64,000 nucleotides of DNA from Balamuthia mandrillaris (Eukaryota): the NCBI GenBank assembly GCA_031835245.2, contig JAVKOQ020000108.1, forward strand, positions 62,001 through 126,000, in the 5' to 3' direction. Position numbers and translations under genes: made by a program. Positions 24,505 to 38,596 of this stretch are shown here, one piece after another (position 1 is the first letter of the stretch; each line of letters starts with the position of its first letter). The notes under the pieces are model-generated. The model did not search any database. It was not told the DNA's origin and worked only from the letters and a program-made list of their open reading frames with translations.

Positions 24505-27500
24505 TTATCTACCACCGTTTGTGGACGCTAAAGCAGCCACCGCTGAGCTTGTCGCGGCCTTGACTCCTCTCACGCCATCCCTTCCGCGCTTCATCCGTTG
24601 CTCCACCTCCATCTCGGCCTCCACCTCGGCCTCCGCCTCCAGCTCCAGCTCTTGCTCCTCCATCACCCCGCTGAACCCACAGCAAGAGGGTCTTCTGTCT
24701 CTCGAGGTCATCATCGCTCTCCCTCCGAAGGTCGCGGTGGAGAAATCGTCCTCATCGACCTCGGTGGTGGTTCCGCCACCGCATGAAGATGCGATGTTTC
24801 TTCTCGCCGAAGAGGAAGAGCAAGAAGAGGAGGAAGTCTTGGAAGAAGAAGTCAAGGAAGGGGGTGAAGATGGGCTTGAGGAAAGCGAAGAAGCCGCAGC
24901 GGCAGAGGAAGATGGAGCCGCAGCGGCAGCAGCAGAGGCAAGGAACGATTGCTGTTGGCGCTTATGTTTGGCTTCCCTGGAATTCTCCATCGTCAAGACC
25001 CTCACCCTGCTCTTCTTCTTTGGCTTCACCGCTGCCGTTGTCGAGAGTGAAGAGGTGGACGCTGACAAAGAAGAAGTAAACAGCGAGTCGGAGGCGGAAG
25101 AACGTTCCGAATCGCTGCGGTCATCATCATTGGCTTCTTCCTCCTCTCTTTGTTGTCGTCGTCGTTGCTGAGCAGCAGAAGAATGGAAAGAAGCTGAATA
25201 TCCTCCTTCTCTCTCGACCTCAGTCTCCATGTCGTGCTTCATGTCCTCATTGCAGCACAACAGGTAAAAGTACTCCGCACCGCAGAGCTCAAACGCGCTC
25301 AATGCCTCCTTGAAATGTCCCCGCTTCCTCTTCATCGCAGCCTCGTTATAATGTTGCTGTTGTTGATTGTGATGATGGTTCGGTTGATTATGGCTGGGAT
25401 GGTTTGATCCAATCAAGGAAGCAGAGGCAGAAAAGGAAGAAGGGTGGTTCGAGGAAGAGGAAGAGGATGAAGAAGAGGATGAACCAGAACCAATATTGAT
25501 GTACATGCCCATGAAGAGATGCGTCGCTCCCCTCTCGTGCTCCATCGAGTGAATCTGCGCCTCCTCCAAGCTCTTGCTCCAAAGCTTCGTGGAGCTCTTA
25601 GGGTTACCCGACAGCCACTTCAACAGGCCCAAGAGGCGCAGATAGCGGCTCTGCCCGATGGGATAGGTCTTGACGAGCTTCTCTAGAATGCGGGAGAGTT
25701 TGAGGGCACGTTCCTCCCACTTGATCATCTTCTTGGAGAGCAAGAAGACGTTGGCGCTGCCGGCGAGGAGCAATTCGCGAGTGCCGGCTTTGGGGGCTGA
25801 GGCGGATGGAGAGGGCAGCGGCTGACGAGCAAAGTTGGCGGAATTAGAGGAAGAAGCAGAACTGGAAGAATTAGAGGAAGCGGAAGAGGAAGAAGCAACT
25901 AAGAGCGAAGAAGGAGAAAGGGTGGAAGCAGAAGGTGAGGGAGTAGGGGCAGGAGCGGGAGAAGGTGCAGTGGGGGAAGCATCAGCGGCTGCGGCCGCTG
26001 CCGCGGCAGCAGCTTTGTTGGCGGTCATTTGCTCACGATAGCGCTCATAGTCCCACAGAGAGAGGCAGAGCTCCAGCACAAAACAGGTTGTCTCAAAGTC
26101 AGACCACATGACAAAGTGATTGGCCTGCGCGGTAAGCTGCCTTAACTTCTCGATGAGATAAAAGAGCAGCCGCTTGGAAGCGCGGTACTCTTTGTTGCAC
26201 CAATGGATCAGCGCGGTGACGAAATGGCGGAGAACGTGCTCGCGGTCCTTCCACAGCTTGCTGCAGGAGCTAAGTAAGTCTTTCTCGCGGAGCACATCCA
26301 AGGCTTGGTTCAGCTCTCCCAGGTAGAGCAGAGAGACAGCCTTGACAATCTTGGTGGAGAAGGGACTGACGGAGTTATCCTCTCCGACGATGCCGCGAAT
26401 GCCGCCTTTCATCTCTTGACTAGAGGAGGGGACCATCTGTTTGTCGTTGCTGTGACGGTGACGGTGGTGGTGATGGCGATGGTTGCTTCTCTTCTTCTTT
26501 GTCTTCATAGAAGAAGAGGAAGAAGATAGAGTGTCGCTGGTACTGCTGTTGGTTGTTGTTGTTGTTGTGGTCGAGTCGAAAGCAGTGGTGGCAACGGTAG
26601 TAGGAACGGCGGAAGAGGAACCAGAGGAAGAAGAAACGTCAGAGGAAGCACGTTTGTTCTTCTTCTTGCATTTCTTACACTTTTTGTTATTATGGTGATG
26701 ATGGCCGCCATCGTTGTTGTTTGTGGTCGACACGGCTGCAGAGCTTTGAGCCAATCTAGCAGAAGTGTTGTGCTGTTGTTGCTCGTCTGCAAAGAAAGCT
26801 GTTTCTGCCGACGAAGAAGAAAGAGAGGACCCTCCTCCTTCCTTGAAGCAAGGGTGCTCTAACAACTTGAGGCTGCGTCTAAACTTGCCACGCATGTTCC
26901 AGTACATGGCGTAATAGGCGAGGATGTACTGCTTCATGGCGCGATCGCCATAGCGCTCGCTCACCTGAAGGGCCTTCAACAAACGAGCATTGACCACCTT
27001 CCAATTGCCGTTCGTGAAGTGGATGTGACTCGTATCCAAGAGAACCGTCATCACGCACTCTGCATTCTTTCTCGAGTTGCCGCCAAACTCTTGTTGAGAG
27101 CCATCCACAGAAGAGATAGAGGAAGCAGAGGAACCAGAAGAAGAGGAAGCAGTGGAAGAGTCTGTTGCAGGATTTTGTTGGAGAGTGGTGACGAGACTGT
27201 TGGTGATCTCAATGGAGGAGCGAGCAAACTGTCGTGAGATACCACGCATGGAGTACATCGAGGCCGAGAAGTAGCACATAGCGGCATAGGCCCTGGCCAG
27301 CTGCTTGGTGGGCCTGCCCACGCTCTCCGCTGCCTTCACGCTGCGCGAGATGCAGGCAAAGGCCGAGGTGAAGTCCTCCGCCAGGAACTTCAGCTTATAG
27401 CAGAGGTAGTAGCACTTAGAGAGCTCTAACTGGGTGGCGTTGGTCGGGTCCTCCTTCAAGAGCATACTAAGCATGCCGTGATCCCCACGATCCGAAGCTG

Positions 27501-30500
27501 CGTTGGCTCCTCCTCCGCTGCTTCCACCACCCCCGCTGAGAACAGCGGGTTTGAATGCTTTCAACGAGGGAGTGTCTTTGTTAGAGGAAGAAGAGGAGGA
27601 AGAGGAAGAAAAGGACATGAAGCCAAGCAACTTCCGTTTGGCGAACTGGCGAAAGACTTCCACTCCGGTGGAGCCGAACCAACCGTTTCCCTCGGAGAGA
27701 GGTTGACCCAAAAGATCTAGCGCCTTGCGGGCGTGTTGCTCCGCTTTGGTAAGCTTTTTCAGGGAGAGATAGGCCTTGGTAAGTTTTCTCTCCCATGAGG
27801 CCAAACGGAATGAGGAGATCTCCTGATGAGCGGCGTTCTTGTTGCTGTTGCATTGTTGTTGCTGGTTCTTGGACTTGGAAGATTTGGAAAAGAAGAGCGA
27901 TCGACGGGAAGAAGACGTGGATGAAGAGGTCGAAGACGGGGAAGAGTCAATTGTAGAGGCTGAGGAGGCAGAGGATAACGCATTGAGGCGATCAGCAAGA
28001 GCAATAGCTCGTTCATAAAACTCTACAGCCTCTTGGTAGGCAAAGATGGAGAGAGCCTGCTTGCCCGACTTTTGGAAGTAGAGTAGGGCTCTAAGGTCGT
28101 TGCCAGCACTGTTCCAGTGGTAGGCCAACATAGGATAGTAGCAGGAAGCAGCGTGACTGAGAGACTTGCTGATGATAGCGGCTGCAGTGGAGAAGGGAGA
28201 GGCGGTGTAAGGGGATGAACCGGCAGAAGATGGCACTGGCGAAGAAGAAGGAAGAGTTGAAGCAGTAGATGAAGAGTGTGATGAGCTGGTGGAAGCAGTT
28301 GGGTAATACGAACTACCGCTCTCAGCTCCGCTTTCCGTCTCGCTCATTTGCTGTTGCTGCAAAGCCATCGCTCTCTTGCTGGTCTGCAGCTCCAAGTCCA
28401 ACAACACGTTCTCGTAGTGCTCCGCTGCCTTCTTGTGCCATTGCCTTCGTTGGCTGGGAAGAAGAGTAGCGTAGACCGTTTCCCAAATGATGAGATGGTT
28501 AAAGTAATAGACTTCTTTGACCGTGCAGCCGTCTTCGGAGCCTCCGCTGCTGCCGCCGCCACTGCCATAGCCGGAGCAGGCGGCGCTGCTATAACCACTG
28601 CCGCTGCTATAGTGGTAGCCAATGGGAACGCTGCCACTGCCGCTGTCGTAATAGTCGCCATAAGGTTCTTGGGTCAAGCCGGCTGCTCCTTTTTCTATCT
28701 CAGAGTTAATGAGGGAGGAACGCTTATCAAAAGAAGTCTTGGAACGGCCCCGTTTGGTAGATGATTGTTTTTCAGACCCAGATGATGCCTCAAACTCATC
28801 AAAAGAGACGACGGAAGGAGCAGCACGTTCGCTGACTGCGGGGGCAGCGGTGGTAGACTTGTTGGAAGCAGTCCATTGTCCGGTTTCTTTGAGCGATGCG
28901 GAGAGGAAAGAGAAAGGCTTCTTCACCTCTTCGGTAGTTGCCTCATCCTCGCTTCCCGTCATCACCTCTTTGCCCTTGCCTTTGCTTTTGCTTTTGCCTG
29001 CTTTGCTGCTTTGTTTTGTTTCATTCTCCGATGACGTCGCGTTGCCACTAGAGTCGCGTTGTTTGTTGGCAGACTTGGCGATCTTTATCGTCTTTGACTT
29101 GCGCAAGTTGGAGGGAAGGGCCTTCTTGCTGCTTTGGGCAGGGGCCACATCCTCCTCTTCCTCCACCGCTGTTTCCACGATAAAGCTATCCGAGTCGCTG
29201 CTGTGTTTCTTACTCTTGCTCTTCTTCTTGTGCTTATGATGCTTCTTGTGATGTTTCCGTCGGTGATGACCGCTGCCAGTGCTGCTGTAGTTGTGGTGAC
29301 GGCGATTGCGACTGTAAGTGATAATTCTGGCACGGCCCGTTCTGTTCGAGGAGAAGCGCGTCCTCTTCTTCTCAGAGTGAACGAATTGCAGTTTGGTCAA
29401 AACGTTGAGGTCCTCTTTCAGCTGCTCTTTAGTGTAGTTTTTGGGGTAGATGCTGTGCAGGACGTTAAAGTCAAAGGAATCGCCGAGGATGCTGGCTACT
29501 TTCAGCGTGAGCTGTTGGCTGGGCTTCAGCTCATCGATGCGGCTGGAAATGACGCTGTGCAGCGCGCTGGAAAAGCTAAAGGTCTTGAGAATGTCCTCTA
29601 ACGCAGCATCGCTCATCAAAGAGTTGACAGGGTCCACAACGTTGTTGTTGGAAGAAGGTGAAGAGGCGTTGGTCAAGGTACCACCAAAAGTGGCCTCCAG
29701 GGAGTAGGCTGCAGGTAGCTTGGGTTGAAGCTGCTCCTGGTCTTGTAGGATCTGAAAAGCGCCAGAGTTCTTCAATGAGATGGCCATCTCCAACGAGAGG
29801 AGAGGGTGTCCCTTAGTCTTCTCGAACAAAGGAACGAGGCGTTTGGGCATTTCGGGGATGCCCAAGTACTTGCACACCAACTTGAGGACGTGTTCGGTGG
29901 GCAAAGGAGAGAGGGTGATAATGTGGATCTCCATCCCTTTCTTGTCCTGCCCATTGCTGTTGAGAATGGCCGAAGACGAGTGATGGCGCCCAGGGGAGCG
30001 TGGAGTATCCGAACAGGAGTCGGAGCAAGAGCTGGTGCTGGAGCATTGGCTGCAACAACTGTTGCCGCTGGTGCTAGAGCAACCAGTGCCACCGCAGGTG
30101 CAGCAAGATGAGCTGGTGCTGGTGCCACTGGAGCTGTCATCAGAGGAGAAGGAACGCAGGCAGCCTAACTGCTTGATCTTTTCCAGCTCCGCCTTTTGAG
30201 TGTTGTTGAAGAGCTGCCGGGTGGTAATTACAAAAAGGGTGGGGCAGATGTTCTTGATAACGCTGTGGATGAGAGACCAAGAAGTCTGATCGAAGCAGTG
30301 GGCGTTTTCCATGATGAAGAGGCGCGGCGTCTCCGTAGGGTCCTGCAAAAAGTAGAGTAACAGCTCTCTGGTCTTGTCGATGCGCGCTTGGTAGGACATC
30401 TGCGCGGTGAGATGATTTTCTGGGAAACGGAGGTCCAGAACGCCATTCAAGAGAGGTGCCAGATGAGCATTATTCTCTAGCTCTAGTTGGCTCAGCACAA

Positions 30501-33470
30501 ACTCCGCCACTCGTTCCTGTCGTTGCTGTTCCTGCTCCAACAGCTCCTGCTGCTGTCTCTCCTTCTCCAGCTCGGAGGAGGAAGAGGCTTGTTGCTTGCC
30601 GTCCTTGTCCTTGTTCTTCTTGCCCTTCTTCTTGGAGTCTCGCTTATCTTTCTTGGTGCTGTGATCAGGAGGCAACTGCTGGTGTTGCTGGTTATACTCA
30701 GGAGGGGCAATCACTTTGTCGATGACACAAACGCTCTCATCGCTTTCATCGTCCTCCGACCCAAAGCCCTCCTTGTCGTCCCAGCTGCCTCCCCCTCCTC
30801 CCATCATCTCGAGATCCTCTGCGCCCATATCCTCTCCCATGTCGCCTCCGCCACCAAACTCCATGGACCCTCCATCCTCATCCAGATCGCTGCCCCACAT
30901 CTCATCGGGGTCATGATGATAGTAGCTGCCGTCCACGCTGGTTGCCATTTGGTCGAACAGGGAACGAAACACTCCCTTCCAGCTGCCAAAGGGAATGGCG
31001 GCGTTGCGCCAGAAGAGAGGGTGATGGGCAGAGGTGCCACTCTCACAGAGCGTCACCACATTGAGCTCTCTGGCCTTGCGGATCAGGTCTTTGATGAGGT
31101 TACTCTTACCCATGCCGGCATCGCCTTGGATGATAATGACGGCACCGTCGCCCTCCTCTTTGAGGACGCGAAGTTTTTCCTCCAAGAATTTGCGCTCTTC
31201 CTTGCGGGCTACGATAATGTCCTCCGAGAAGGACTCCATGAAAGAGTTCTGTTGTTTGGTAGTAGATGTGGAGGCCGTTGCAGGAGTACAGCCGCTATTA
31301 ATGGTCGAGGTTTCTGTGGCAGTCGCCTTTGTTCTGTTGATTTTTAAAACCAAATAAGATTGAGATTTCATACTTGAGAAAGAAAACAGAGGAGGAGGAA
31401 AGAGAGGAAATACCTTGCTTCAGTCAAGCTGGCATTCTTATCGCTGACCAGTTTAAGGGAAGATGAGGGTTTTACGCTGGTGCCCGGCTGAAGCTGGTTG
31501 CGAACAACTGAAGACGGAGAGGCAAGCGAGGAGGGAGAAGGAGACAAAGAAGAAAAAGGCGAGGACGAAAGGAATGGCATGGGGTAGATGGGCAAGCTAA
31601 CGCAGGTGCTGTTCTTGTTGGTTGTGTCCCCACAGACTACCTGCTCAAAGGCCAGATGAAAGGCATCTTGTTGTACACTACCCGGTGTTCCTTTCTTGGC
31701 TCCTTTCTTCTTGCCATCATTAGCATTGGTAGTACCAATGTTGATGTTGTTCTGCAAGTCGTCTCCGCCGTAGCCGCCGATGCTGTGATCGCGGAAACGC
31801 ATAGAAATGTGGTAGGTCTCTTTATCGCAGAGAATGGCGGAGGAGTCGGCCGTTTGCATCAGAGAAAGGGCTCTGTCGACTACATCGCCCTTCACGATGA
31901 ATTCTCGCCTTGCTTTGGAACCCACAAAGGCGGTCAGGGCTCTTCCCGTTGAAATGCCGATCCTCGTTAGTTCGCTTATCTTCTTGATCTCCATTGCCGT
32001 CTATTTGTGGTTTTTTGGTTGGTAAGTGAAACACTCGAGGAGAAAGGATAAAAGTACAAACCATGACAGCACGCAAGGGATCATCCTCATGATGCCAAGG
32101 GTACAATCCAAAGGTCAAAATAATGACAGTGCCCTTGTCCTCCACCGACATGGACTGCAAGTTGCCTTCGTAGTGCTCCAAGACCGATTGCACAAAGCTG
32201 GCCACGCTGTGAGCCCTCTTGACAGCGTCCAGAGGGTCGACTTGGGAGCGATGTGTCCTGGAGGGCAACTGGCCCGACTCTTTCAGGTCCTGAAAGTACT
32301 TCCCGCTGAGGCAATAAGTGTAGGCCTCGTGGGCCAAGGTAGGCAGCTCGATGGCCACGATGGAGACGCGTCGCAGCTCGCCAGCGTTGTTGGGGATCTG
32401 CAAGCCAAGCCGAGAGCAGACCTTGTCTTGAAGGAATGAGTCTGTCTTGGCGATGGTGGACCAGGAGAGGAAGGAGCGCAGGGCGAACTCCATCTGCTTT
32501 GTGATCTGTTGGCTGAGCAAGGTATCGGTGGGTGAAAGGCCCTTTTGGGAATGAATGATTTGGCTACCACCGGTTACGGAACGGCAGATTACAGGTCGGG
32601 AGATCTCTCTTTTGATCTTCAGAACTCGCTGACAGCTGCCAGGGGCGGTGGCAGTTGTGTTGTTCGCACCTGCCTTGATCACAGGCTCCGCTTTGCAGAA
32701 CTTAGAGATCTGTTCCCAAGCCTCCTGGGAAACAAAGACCTGGTCAAGAGTGTCCGTCTGGGCAGTGGCCGCAGCAATCTTGGCGATCTGTTGAAAAGGT
32801 CGGCCGGAATACATGTACAAAAATCTGCTGCGACCAACCCAAAAAGTGTAGACGGTACCGCAGCCGATGCGCGCGGAAAGGGATAAAGAAGAGGAGGCAT
32901 CATTCATGCGGGTGACCACCATGGCACATTTGGTGGCCCGCCAGACCAGCGTTGATAGCTGCTCGTCGGCGGCAGCGCTGTTCCAAAACACCAGCATTGA
33001 TGTGCCCGAAAGGTTTACTATTTCTCCATTGTATAACTGAAAACAAGGAATTCAGCTGCCAAAGAAAGAATGCAGGAAGGAAGGAAACAGGAAGTAGGAA
33101 GCAAAGAACGTACCTGGATCTTTTCTATGACCTTCTCCAAGTAACTGTTGAAGGCCTCCACATCCAGGTCTAAGTCCGCCTCGAAGGCATTCACTCCGGA
33201 AGCGGGGTTTTGTTGGGGTTGTTGGCCAGGTTGTGTGGTGGCAGTGGCCTTTGCGAGAGGCGCTTTGGGGGGGCCTATCTGGAGCTCCAGAACGGCCCCG
33301 TCAAAGGTCTCCGCGGTGGTCACGCTGGCCGGGCGCTGTGGGTCATGCGGGTTGTTCTCTCCTTTGCCCTGCAACTCATAGCTGCAGGACTTGTAGAGCT
33401 TTTCTACCACCGAGTTGGGCACGAAGCTTGCCAAGACCTCGAAGTAGGTGCCCGATGGAGAGCCCGACAT
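24505..33470 (-). CDS. Soluble adenylyl/guanylyl cyclase-like (ADCY10/SgcA architecture): two class III cyclase domains, STAND P-loop ATPase and a helical/TPR region; ~4 exons
   Basis: DKGTVIILTFGL.PW.HEDDPLRAV, RIGISTGRA...VGSKARREF.V.GD; Walker A GDAGMGKS; LFIMENAHCFDQTSW; KTKGHPL; VISSRIDEL..SQQLTLKVASILG. Confidence 0.85.
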
Positions 33471-34968
33471 TGACGATGTTTGTGTGTGTTTGTATCTGGA
33501 TGTGTTTGTTCGTTCGTTGAATGGGTATTGTCTTTGTCAGTCGGTTATGCTTTTGCTGTATGTTCAGGGTTGTCGTTTGCTTGTATTCGTTATTCTCAGA
33601 AGCACATGTTGTCGGGGGGAAAAGTCGGGTGGATCTTCAGAAGTTCTGTTTTCAAATGGGGTTTTTGGTGACAAAACGGTGAGAGGGGGATTAGTAAGAA
33701 AAAAAAATCGCTCCCGCGATGGAAAGGGGAACAAAAAAAAAAAACAAACAAATGAGGGGAGAAGGAAAATTTACCTGTCTGGTCATGAGAGAACACAGAT
33801 TGAATTGGGGTGGGAAGCACCAGAGTAGCGGTTTGACAGGAAGAAGATGAGTTAATCAGTTGAAGAAAAAAAAATTGCCGCTTCTCTCTCTCCCCTTCTT
33901 TTTTTTTTGTTGTTGTTGTTGTTCCAATCAATTCTCGCCTTTCCCCTTTCTATCCACTCCCTTTCTCTCCTCCTTTCACAGACGAAACAGGCCTCTCTCT
34001 TCCTTCTTCACAACAACTGTCACAGGCAGAGGCTGATCCCCTTCCCCCTTCCCCCAAACCGTCTGTTCTACCAAGAAGAAGAGAGAGGGAAGGAGAGGGG
34101 GGAAAAAAAAAACAAACCTGTGGTCTGTGCGTTCTTTGCTTACCCCGTCCGTTCTAGAAGCTGCTAGCGAACGCGCCCGTGCTACTTTTTTTTTTTGCTG
34201 GTGCTTGCTCTCTCTTTTTCTTTTTCGTCTTTCGGCCCTACGCGAAAGCAAGTCGGCAAGCAAGCTTTGGGGAGAGAGAGGAGATACAACAAAACAAAAC
34301 AAAAAAATATATTTTTGATGGGCGGAGGGGGAAATAAAAAAAAACAGTCTTTTCGTCTCACAACAACCTGCGTTTGTTTCTCCTCCTTTTCCCTCCCGCC
34401 AACGTACCGCACACAGCGCTATGCTCTCTATTTTTTTTTTGTTTTGTCCTTTCCCCTGTCACCGCTACACCCTTTTTCTGTCGCCCGTAGCAGCGTGGTG
34501 CGGCGTGTGTGCGCTTTTAATTCCATCCATCACTTCACAAAGCACTACGCTGTTTGCGGTACGTTGATCCGGCGGGATCTCCTTTTATGGAAGCTGGCGC
34601 GGTGCAGTCTCGCATACAGCAGATCAGATTGTACCTTTTCGGGACAGAGCACGCGATTCGCATGTCAAAAAATGAAAAGTTGTTCAAAGAAAAAATTGAA
34701 AATGAAACAGAAAAACAGAAGAGATTTCAAATAAAATCGACTGGGCGCGTTGCTATGGCAGCTTCAGATCATCTTCCAGGACGACACGAAAAAAGCTAAC
34801 AAAAGACTGAAAGAAAAGAAAGAGACAAGAACGGAAGAAGAGAGAGAAAAGCCAAAAGAAAGGAAGTTGTCAGCATGTCTTTGCGCGTTTTGTTTTTCAA
34901 TTCTTAGAATGCGCGTTACGCTTCTTTCTTGCTTGTTTTTGTACACACCAAGACCTATTTCTCTTTTT

Positions 34969-35661
34969 TTACAAGCACAGAGTGTCCTGCAAGTAGGTCA
35001 ACGCCCCGTGACAGAGCGCCAACCAGGCGACCACGCCCACCACCCCCGCAGGCCAAGCGGGCACAGCCAACCAGGACAACAGCGGATGGAGGAGTGCGGG
35101 GGAGGGGGCCACGAAGAGCGCGTCCTCCCAGTAAAGGAAGAGAAGCAATGCCACGCTGCCCAGCTATGAATGTTGTTGTTCGCAAGCATGGTTGGTTGTT
35201 GTTCGTGAGAAAGCTGGCGTCACGAGCAAAGAAAGTTTGGAAGGAGGAAGGGCAAAGAGGAGACGAAGACGATTGTAGTGGCGTACCTTCACAATGTGAT
35301 GGATCAGGGTGGGAAGGACCGAGACGAGGGGATCTGCATGTCTAGCCGCTCGTAGCTGGTTCAGTTGCTCTGAGACCTTTTTGATCTGTCTCTGGAGCTT
35401 GGCGTACTTGGCAAAGGTCTTGGGTTGGTTGTACTTGTTGGATTCCGTGCGCAGAGAGCGCAGCTGCAGCGCCAGCTGTTTTTCTTTGGAGTGGTGGGCA
35501 CCCAACGTGGTAAACGCGCTGACGAACCAGTCGACTACCCGTACGCCAAGAGAGGAAGCCACCACAAAGAGGAACACCTCCAGTGGCAACAGACCTGGTG
35601 GAAGCAACATAGCGGTCATCTTCTCTTTTTTTCTTTCTTTGTTTTCTTTTTGTCCTCCCAT
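34969..35661 (-). CDS. GET1: GET1/WRB (CHD5-like) tail-anchored protein insertase subunit, 2 exons
   Basis: TM, then coiled coil NQPKTFAKYAKLQRQIKK, then TM segments and a W-containing C-terminus (LSWLAVP...VGVVAWLALC). Confidence 0.75.
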
Positions 35662-36125
35662 ATCCGTGTCGTCATGAAATACTTTGGTGGTGTCGACAAA
35701 TTAATCTTTGAATTTTGATTGGAAGATTATTACCGTAATTTGGCATGATAAGTACAACGGCAGGGACTGTCCATGGATGTACGGTGTCTTTCCAAGTTGT
35801 CAATCTGGACAACATTGCGAAAAGACACAGGCCCCACCGAAGCGCACGCGGCATATTGTCCGTCAAACCGGACACAAGTGGCCGCTCCCCGAGAATAGCG
35901 TACCCTTTTCTTTCCCCTTGAAAACTGCCCCAACCCAATAAACCGCGCAACGAACCGTCGCCTTTCTGCCGTTGCAAACGCTATATTGCATCGCAATTTT
36001 TTTTGGTTGTTGGGGAGAACAAACGCCATACTTCTTTGTGCGTGTTCTTCTTCTTCTCTGCGCAACACAGAGAGAGAGAGCAGCACACAAAGCACACAAA
36101 GCTTTAAACAAGAAATCAAAAAAAT

Positions 36126-37219
36126 ATGGCGGTACCGACGGCGCAGGTGTTGAACGGGGCGACGGACGTGGAGAAGCTGGAGGACTTGGCGAGCAGGACG
36201 TACAAGGAGCAGGTGGTGTGGTTCCTCAACGCCTTCTGGGAGGAGTTTGCCAAGGAGGAGGCGGAGCGGCTGTGGAAGTTCAAGCACCTCTGCGACGAGC
36301 TGGACCTGGCCAAGAAGGAGCAAGGCTGCGCGCTGGACGAGCTGCAGGCCCACCGCTTCCTGGAAAAGCTGCAAGAGACCATGACCGTCCAGCAGATGAG
36401 GGACAAGCTGCGCTCCACCGGAGCCATCGGGGCCAAGGTCCGCTTGGTCCCCCTCATCCACCTCCTCATCTTCCGCTTCGACGTGGACTGGCACTTCCTG
36501 GTCAACGCCCCTCAGGGCAGCAAGGAGGAGATCGAGAAGGCGCAGCGCATGTTCGACCAGGTGCAGGCCGCCTTCCGTGAGGCCGAGGCCCGTGCCGACG
36601 AGGCCGCTGCCGCCCTCAAGGAGGCCAAGGCCCGCGAGGCTGACGCCAAGGCCAGGGAAGCCGATGCAAAGGCCCGCGAGGCCGACGCCAAGGCTCGCGA
36701 GGAGGAGCTGCGGGTGGCCAAGGAGGAACTGGAAGCGGCGCTGAAGGAGCTGCAAGCACAAGAGGAGGCGTACAACAACAAGACAGCAGAGCTGAAGAGA
36801 GCGAGCGAGGAGGGAGGTCTGGTCTCTCGCAACAAGGCCAAGAACGAGTTGGCTCAACACCTGGGAGAGGACCCTTTGCCCTTGCGTCGCGCCAAGATCA
36901 CCCAAGAGGCTGCCGTGAAGAAGGCCGACAGAGCCGCCCAGGTCGCCGCTGAGGCCAGAGAGGAAGCCGCTGCTGCGCTCAGGCCGCCTCCCGTGCCAGG
37001 GCTGATGCCGAGACGGCCCGTCGTCAGAGCGAGGAGGCCAAGGCGGCAGCGGAGGAGGCAGTGGAGGAGGCGAGGCGCAAGCTGGAGGAGGCGGAGGCGT
37101 ACCTGGAGAAGGCCAAGAACAGCCTGCCCAAGGGAGCAGTGTGGTGGTTGGAGAGGGAGTTGCACGAGGCCAGGGCCTATTTGCCCGTCAGCAAGGGTGG
37201 CTACAAGAAGGATAAGTAA
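36126..37219 (+). CDS. ABP34/TolA-like coiled-coil protein, copy 2 (frameshift near 36980-37020)
   Basis: Nearly identical DNA to copy 1; ends ...SKGGYKKDK* at 37219. Confidence 0.78.
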
Positions 37220-37754
37220 ACGAATGATGTCTGTTGTTTGTAGTTTTAAACAGAAAAAAATTCAGAATTCTTGTTCGTTTGGTTCTTCTTGTTCTCGTTC
37301 TCCTTCCTCCATCATAACCGCATTGCGCCTAATTGGGGGTTGGGTCGAACGGTTCTTCGAATGATGGAAACATCTGTCCTCTTTTCTTCTTCGCTTCAAG
37401 ACGAACGGAAGAGGCGAGAGATGATGATGAAACAAGTGCCAGAGTTGGACTGGTTGCGAGGAAGAATGGGGAGTGGTACTTCTTTTTTTCTTCTTTTTTC
37501 TTCATCTTCATCTTCATCTTCTTGTTCTTGTTCTTCTTCCTTCTTCTTCTTCTTCTTCTTCTTCTTCTTCTTCTTCTTCTTCTTCTTCTTCTTCTTCTTC
37601 TTCTTCTTCTTCTTCCTCTTCCTCCTCCTCCTCCTCTGCTTTGGGGAACGCTATAGACACGAGCGAAGACATGAGATTTGTCGTCAATAAATTCTACCGT
37701 CGGCAAAAAATAAAGCAACATTTAGCATTTCTGTCGACAGAGCACAAACTAAAG

Positions 37755-38565
37755 ATGCAAGCCGAGAGATCGCCCGTGGCTACCTGGAACTTTGCTTTGG
37801 TGGTTGTTCGAAACTCGGTATGATGTTTTCTTTGCCATCCTCTCTCTCTCTCTCTGTTTTTTACTCTCGCCAAAGTTTGTGTTACAAGATTTCTTGATTT
37901 TCACATGTAACGAAATGCTTGCCCATTCTATTTTGGCCCTATAATAGGCAGGCAAGTTCTTGCTGGTAAAAGAGTCACGCAACAGAGGCTGGTGGGTTCC
38001 TGGTGGCAGAGTAGAGGTGGGCGAAAGGTATTTTGAAGAAGAGAACCCTCCTCCTTTCTTCTCACTTTCAAAAAAAAACATCTCTTATAGTCTCCATTTT
38101 TTTTCTAAAGCTTTGCAGCAGCGGCCATCCGAGAAACAAAGGAGGAAGGAGGCATTCCCGTCACCTTGAAGGGACTCCTTCGTGTAGAACATACGCCAAG
38201 CGGCCGCTCCAGCCGCATGAGGTTCGTTTTTTTCGTCCTTTTGTCCGCAACAAGACTCTAAGTAAAGGAATGCTAACCTTTGCTCGTGCGTGTGCGTGTG
38301 CGTGCGTGCGATGATAGAGTGATCTTTTATGCAGAACCAGCTGATGATACTCCCCCAAAATCTGTCCCAGATGAAGAGTCGCTTGAAGCCAGGTTTTGTT
38401 GTGATTCTCGTTGCTGTTTTTGCTGCTTGCTCTTGTTTTTTTTTTAGCTTAGTGTCGTTTCTTTTCTTATTCGATCTTTCTTTCTTGTTGTTTTTTCTTT
38501 CATTGTTTCTCTCTTCCTACCCTCATTTCCTCCACCTTTCCATCCATCCATAACCACCCAATCCC

Positions 38566-38596
<31 letters not shown>

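Noticed and set aside
37361..37475. Short plus-strand ORF before a (TTC)n tract
   Set aside because: No homology recognised and no downstream exon identified.
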